DNA of 64,000 nucleotides, taken from contig OZ024743.1 in the NCBI GenBank assembly GCA_964016885.1, positions 310,868,001-310,932,000 on the forward strand. The letters are read 5' to 3'. Shown here piece after piece: positions 63,540 to 64,000 of this stretch (within the stretch, counting starts at the first letter, position 1; every line of letters starts with the position of its first letter). The position numbers and the translations under genes are program-made. Source of the stretch: Eledone cirrhosa (lineage: Eukaryota). The notes below the pieces were generated by a model. It did not search any database, was not told the DNA's origin, and worked only from the letters and a program-made list of their open reading frames with translations.

Positions 63540-64000
63540 ACATACATAAATACATTCATACATACATACATGCATACAAGATGATGGCTTCAAACTCGTG
63601 TTTGAGAATTGCCATCACCCGATAAAATGCTCAAAAATGTGAGGCACGAATGTGGCTCTTTAAACCAGCCAAAGGGTTGCACACTCTCGCACATACATGA
63701 CAACTATAGGCTCCTCCGGGACTTTCCATTGCTTTGTTCTGGCTGTGTTCTCACGTTTCTTTTAAGACATCTCATGCTAGCACATTCTTTGCCATATTCC
63801 TTACATCTTTTCAGATCATAATCTACCGAGGTCTACTGATATGATTGTGTTTGTGTCTAGTCAAACCAGCTTTGCTCAGGTAGACTCGACCACAGTGTTG
63901 GCAAACCAGATGATGTTCAACAGCAGGCAGTTCAGAACAGTCTGTTCCTTACCTTCCTTTTCAGTGTTAGGTTTTCTCTCCGACGAGTTTCAAAATGTTC
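63540..64000 (-). mobile_element. RTE LINE 3' end with C-terminal C2H2 finger and (TATG)n tail; runs off the window end
   Basis: Minus translation GAYSCHVCARVCNPLAGLKSHIRASHF*; 3' UTR resembles 34760-34801. Confidence 0.75.

Overview
AT-rich, microsatellite-dense eukaryotic intergenic or intronic DNA. The SINE families and repeat landscape suggest a coleoid cephalopod such as Octopus (inference). No host gene could be supported, and most listed ORFs are microsatellite artefacts. The window is almost entirely retroelements: RTE LINE fragments, R4/Dong-type REL-endonuclease LINEs stacked in (TAA)n (one with an uninterrupted 1130-aa ORF), a near full-length Tx1/L1-clade LINE, at least six Penelope-like element (PLE) remnants with inverted pseudo-LTRs in (TA)n, two tRNA-derived SINE families and two minisatellites. 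The most notable signal is non-coding: about 15 type I hammerhead ribozyme motifs from several unrelated small element families. These include a retrozyme-like 554-nt unit bounded by two directly repeated hammerheads, U3-A8 covariant cores (UUGAUAA/UUGAAAA), long stem II insertions, palindromic stem III and a head-to-head hammerhead palindrome. All RNA folds were paired by eye and are not computationally or experimentally verified. Element boundaries are approximate.
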